A stretch of DNA of 52,371 nt, filler included, from Porpidia crustulata (Eukaryota): assembly GCA_964255105.1 (NCBI GenBank). It is 2 parts of 2 records of this genome, joined end to end, with 100 filler letters (N's around TTAATTAATTAA, not from the genome) between each part and the next. Parts side by side here need not be neighbours in the genome. Positions count along the whole stretch, not along the records: positions 26,243 to 52,371 come from CAXUWE010000040.1; 1 more part is not named here. One strand, given 5' to 3'. The notes below the pieces were generated by a model, which searched no databases, was not told the origin of the DNA, and was given only the letters and a program-made list of their open reading frames with translations. The position numbers were made by a program, and so were the translations under genes. Positions 49,918 through 52,371 of this stretch are shown here, in pieces. Within the stretch, counting starts at the first letter, position 1, and every line of letters starts with the position of its first letter.

Positions 49918-51430
49918 TCACTCCCAATAAGAGGACCATGCAAAGTTTCTGGCGTACGTATGCTCGAGGGTGGCGAAGCTCCACTGCAATTGCCGCTTTT
50001 CAGTCTCTTGGCGGATCATGACCAAGTGAGTAACTAACCCCCTGTCATGAACCAACCTCGTTAATATTCTCACAGAGCTTTCCAATCTACATTTCATAGC
50101 TAAACTTTCATACCGACAGCTAAACTGCAGTATGAAGGAGGAGGAGGAGATTTTGAGCACGTAGGGGGATGGTGCAAGTGGTTCGTTGACGAATATTCAC
50201 CCAAGAATGTGTCCTTCGAACTTAGTAATCCAAGAGTCGAGGGGAACTCACTCTTCGCCCATCCGCTATTCTTGACAGAATGTAAACATCGCTGCTTCTG
50301 CAATTGGCAAGTAGAGGATCGAACTAGACAACCAGCATCGGTGGGAATGGATCCACCGCCCTAGTTTGGGCCCGGGGTTAGAGCGATTGAAATAAGATTG
50401 CTCCGCCTCGATGAAACTCCGACTTTCGAGCCCATGGACCATAGCTACCCGATTGTCCCTCAAACCGATCTTGCAATATGCCTGCGTTTCGTAGGGCAAA
50501 TGGATGTACAAGTTCATGAAATACAATTTTCCTCTCCTTGGGCTGTACACTATGTTCGATTTCCGAAACAACCAGGATTTGTGCGCTGTTGCGAACTCCC
50601 GCGGTACCGTGTAAGTTCGATTTTCACCCAAGCTTGCCCCCCCAGTGTGGATGATGAGCTCAGCCGTTGTGACGATATCAGCTATCAAGATGTATTACGT
50701 GTTAGGTTTTGTTGAACACGCGAATGCCCTAAGCCACTTAAATTGGGCCCCAGATAAGCTGACATGGAGCCTTTCAGATATATCAATGCTGGCGGTTACT
50801 GCTACCAGAGCAACTTGAACCCCAACTAGCCCAATCAGGTTCACTTGGTCTGGTTCTTCGACGCCATGACTCCACGCTATAACTGGCAATGGAATACAAA
50901 CTTCATCGCCGCGGCCTCCATTCGGTTTCATTGTTAGCGCAACTACGCGTGCATCGAGCCGGACAAGAATCCTGCTCGCGAGGATCTGACCAAGAGGGTT
51001 TGGGTGTTCGTTTAGAAGGCATCGCATTTTGCTATGTTTATGACCAAAGAGAATTGCATCAAGATGGGGCGCCTTACGGCAGGGAAGCGGCTCCGCTCCG
51101 GGAGGGAGATTCAACCGCCGCAGGAAAAAAACCCCCTGGGCCGTACGTCCGCAGGGACGTGTGGAGAGGATGGCAGGCAATTCTGCGTCGAGCGTTGGCC
51201 GTCGAGTCTCCTCGGACATGTCCCCACACCGCCGCCCGACCTAAGGGTGCTGGATGAGGTGGTGATTGACGATCCGGATGTAGATGTTGGATAGTGCGGG
51301 AATCGTTGCACGGGCTAGGGTGATTGTAATGAGAGATATGATACTAACGGTAGCTGCGATGTACGGTGCTAGACCCGGTAGGGGCGAAGCTGTACGGCGT
51401 TGATCCCGTGGTTTCGCCTGGTTTGTGCAT
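49918..51430 (-). pseudogene. Decayed orphan gene
   Basis: ORFs 50695-51219, 50266-50688 and 49918-50160 are all in one frame, separated only by single stops (TAA 50695, TAG 50266, TGA 50248, TGA 50197). The 5' end is ambiguous: either a stop at 51241, or ATG 51430 with an intron and a frameshift in a G5T7 run. Confidence 0.5.
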
Positions 51431-52134
51431 GCTGATTGTAAAAGGAAACGGAGCGGTCAGACTTCTAGGGAGAGGCTTTGAAGGGGACCGGGTTTGCCAG
51501 TGCAACGGCACCTACGTTTCGCCGAGATGCTGCGGTCCGAAGGATGGGATAGTCTTAGCGACATTCTGTTTTCAGAAAGCCAACACGAGCGGGTTATAGT
51601 GCGCGAAGGGTAGAAATGAAGGGCTCGGTGAAACTTCGGCGAAGTTTCGGCGAAGGCAAAATCTTGACCTTGGTCAATATTTCGAGTCTACACACTGATC
51701 TAAAAAGTCAGATTAAAGTGGGCTCGACGTAGAGTAATCGTCCACTGGGAAAGCTGTCGTAGTGATTGATTGAGGTCAAAGTTAAATATCGTTGAACGAA
51801 GGTAAAGGTAAGCATAACTTCTTTATTGTACATGCTCGATTTATAATTTAGTGAGTTAACTTATATTCAACGCATGCAAAGATTATATAGCTCAGTGCAT
51901 GTGCTCAATTGATACAAGATGTTCATCCAGTGCAGTGGCTAGCTTTTCTCTATCCTTGTTGGTGAGCTCAAAGCCTTAATTTGACATGTATGATTGAATA
52001 CCCATAGTTCATTCCCTTCCGAGCGATGGTTTGTAGGATAGCGTTGAGAATCCGTTCAATTTTCGGCCGAATCCTACGCTGAGGGAAGCTCATTCCAAAC
52101 CTCGATCCACGCCTTTTTCAGCGGTCTTTTTGGT

Positions 52135-52371
52135 TTAAGGTGGGCTTTCACTGTGAGATCCGAACATTTGCCACACCACTTTAGATATGAGATTGGAAAA
52201 ACGAAATAATTTCCATAGCACGTGGAACTTGATATCACAAGATGTCACTCTTAACAGCCCGTTTCTCGGTATTGCTATTAGTACGAACTCATATATGTTG
52301 GACCCTTTCTTAAAAGTCTGTGTTACGATCAGACCTTCCCCAACATCCCCAGCAGCCCACCGGATCAAGGT
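52135..52371 (-). CDS. Possible 3' end of a gene running off the window
   Basis: Open frame from the window edge to a stop at 52135; no recognisable motif. Confidence 0.2.
   Translation of the reverse strand, partial: TLIRWAAGDVGEGLIVTQTFKKGSNIYEFVLIAIPRNGLLRVTSCDIKFHVLWKLFRFSNLISKVVWQMFGSHSESPP

Noticed and set aside
1..52371. Prokaryotic systems (CRISPR, operons), rRNA/tRNA genes, autonomous transposons or a Starship captain
   Set aside because: The sequence is an intron-containing fungal genome; I saw no repeat-spacer array, cloverleaf, transposase, reverse transcriptase or tyrosine recombinase motif.

Overview
Eukaryotic DNA from a filamentous ascomycete (Pezizomycotina-type short GT-AG introns with CTRAY branch sites; a lichen-forming lineage is my guess, not shown). 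The window is two contigs joined by an artificial 100-nt spacer (N44-TTAATTAATTAA-N44, 26143-26242), so adjacency across it is unproven. Left contig: (i) a ~14.5-kb tandem, co-oriented array of four unrecognised paralogous genes (1705-16037) sharing two conserved modules, called here domain A and domain B; one copy looks intact and the others show different stages of decay; (ii) RIT1; (iii) two tandem RGS-LOV blue-light photoreceptor genes. Right contig: a housekeeping block (FIG4, TTI2, CCA1, U1A/U2B''-type snRNP protein, VMA8, SYF1, MTR3). It also holds a MITE-like inverted repeat, telomere-like promoter motifs, an intronless methyltransferase, an FCY2-type permease with one premature stop, and decayed orphan genes at the right end. 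All exon models and alignments were done by eye; no database searches were run.
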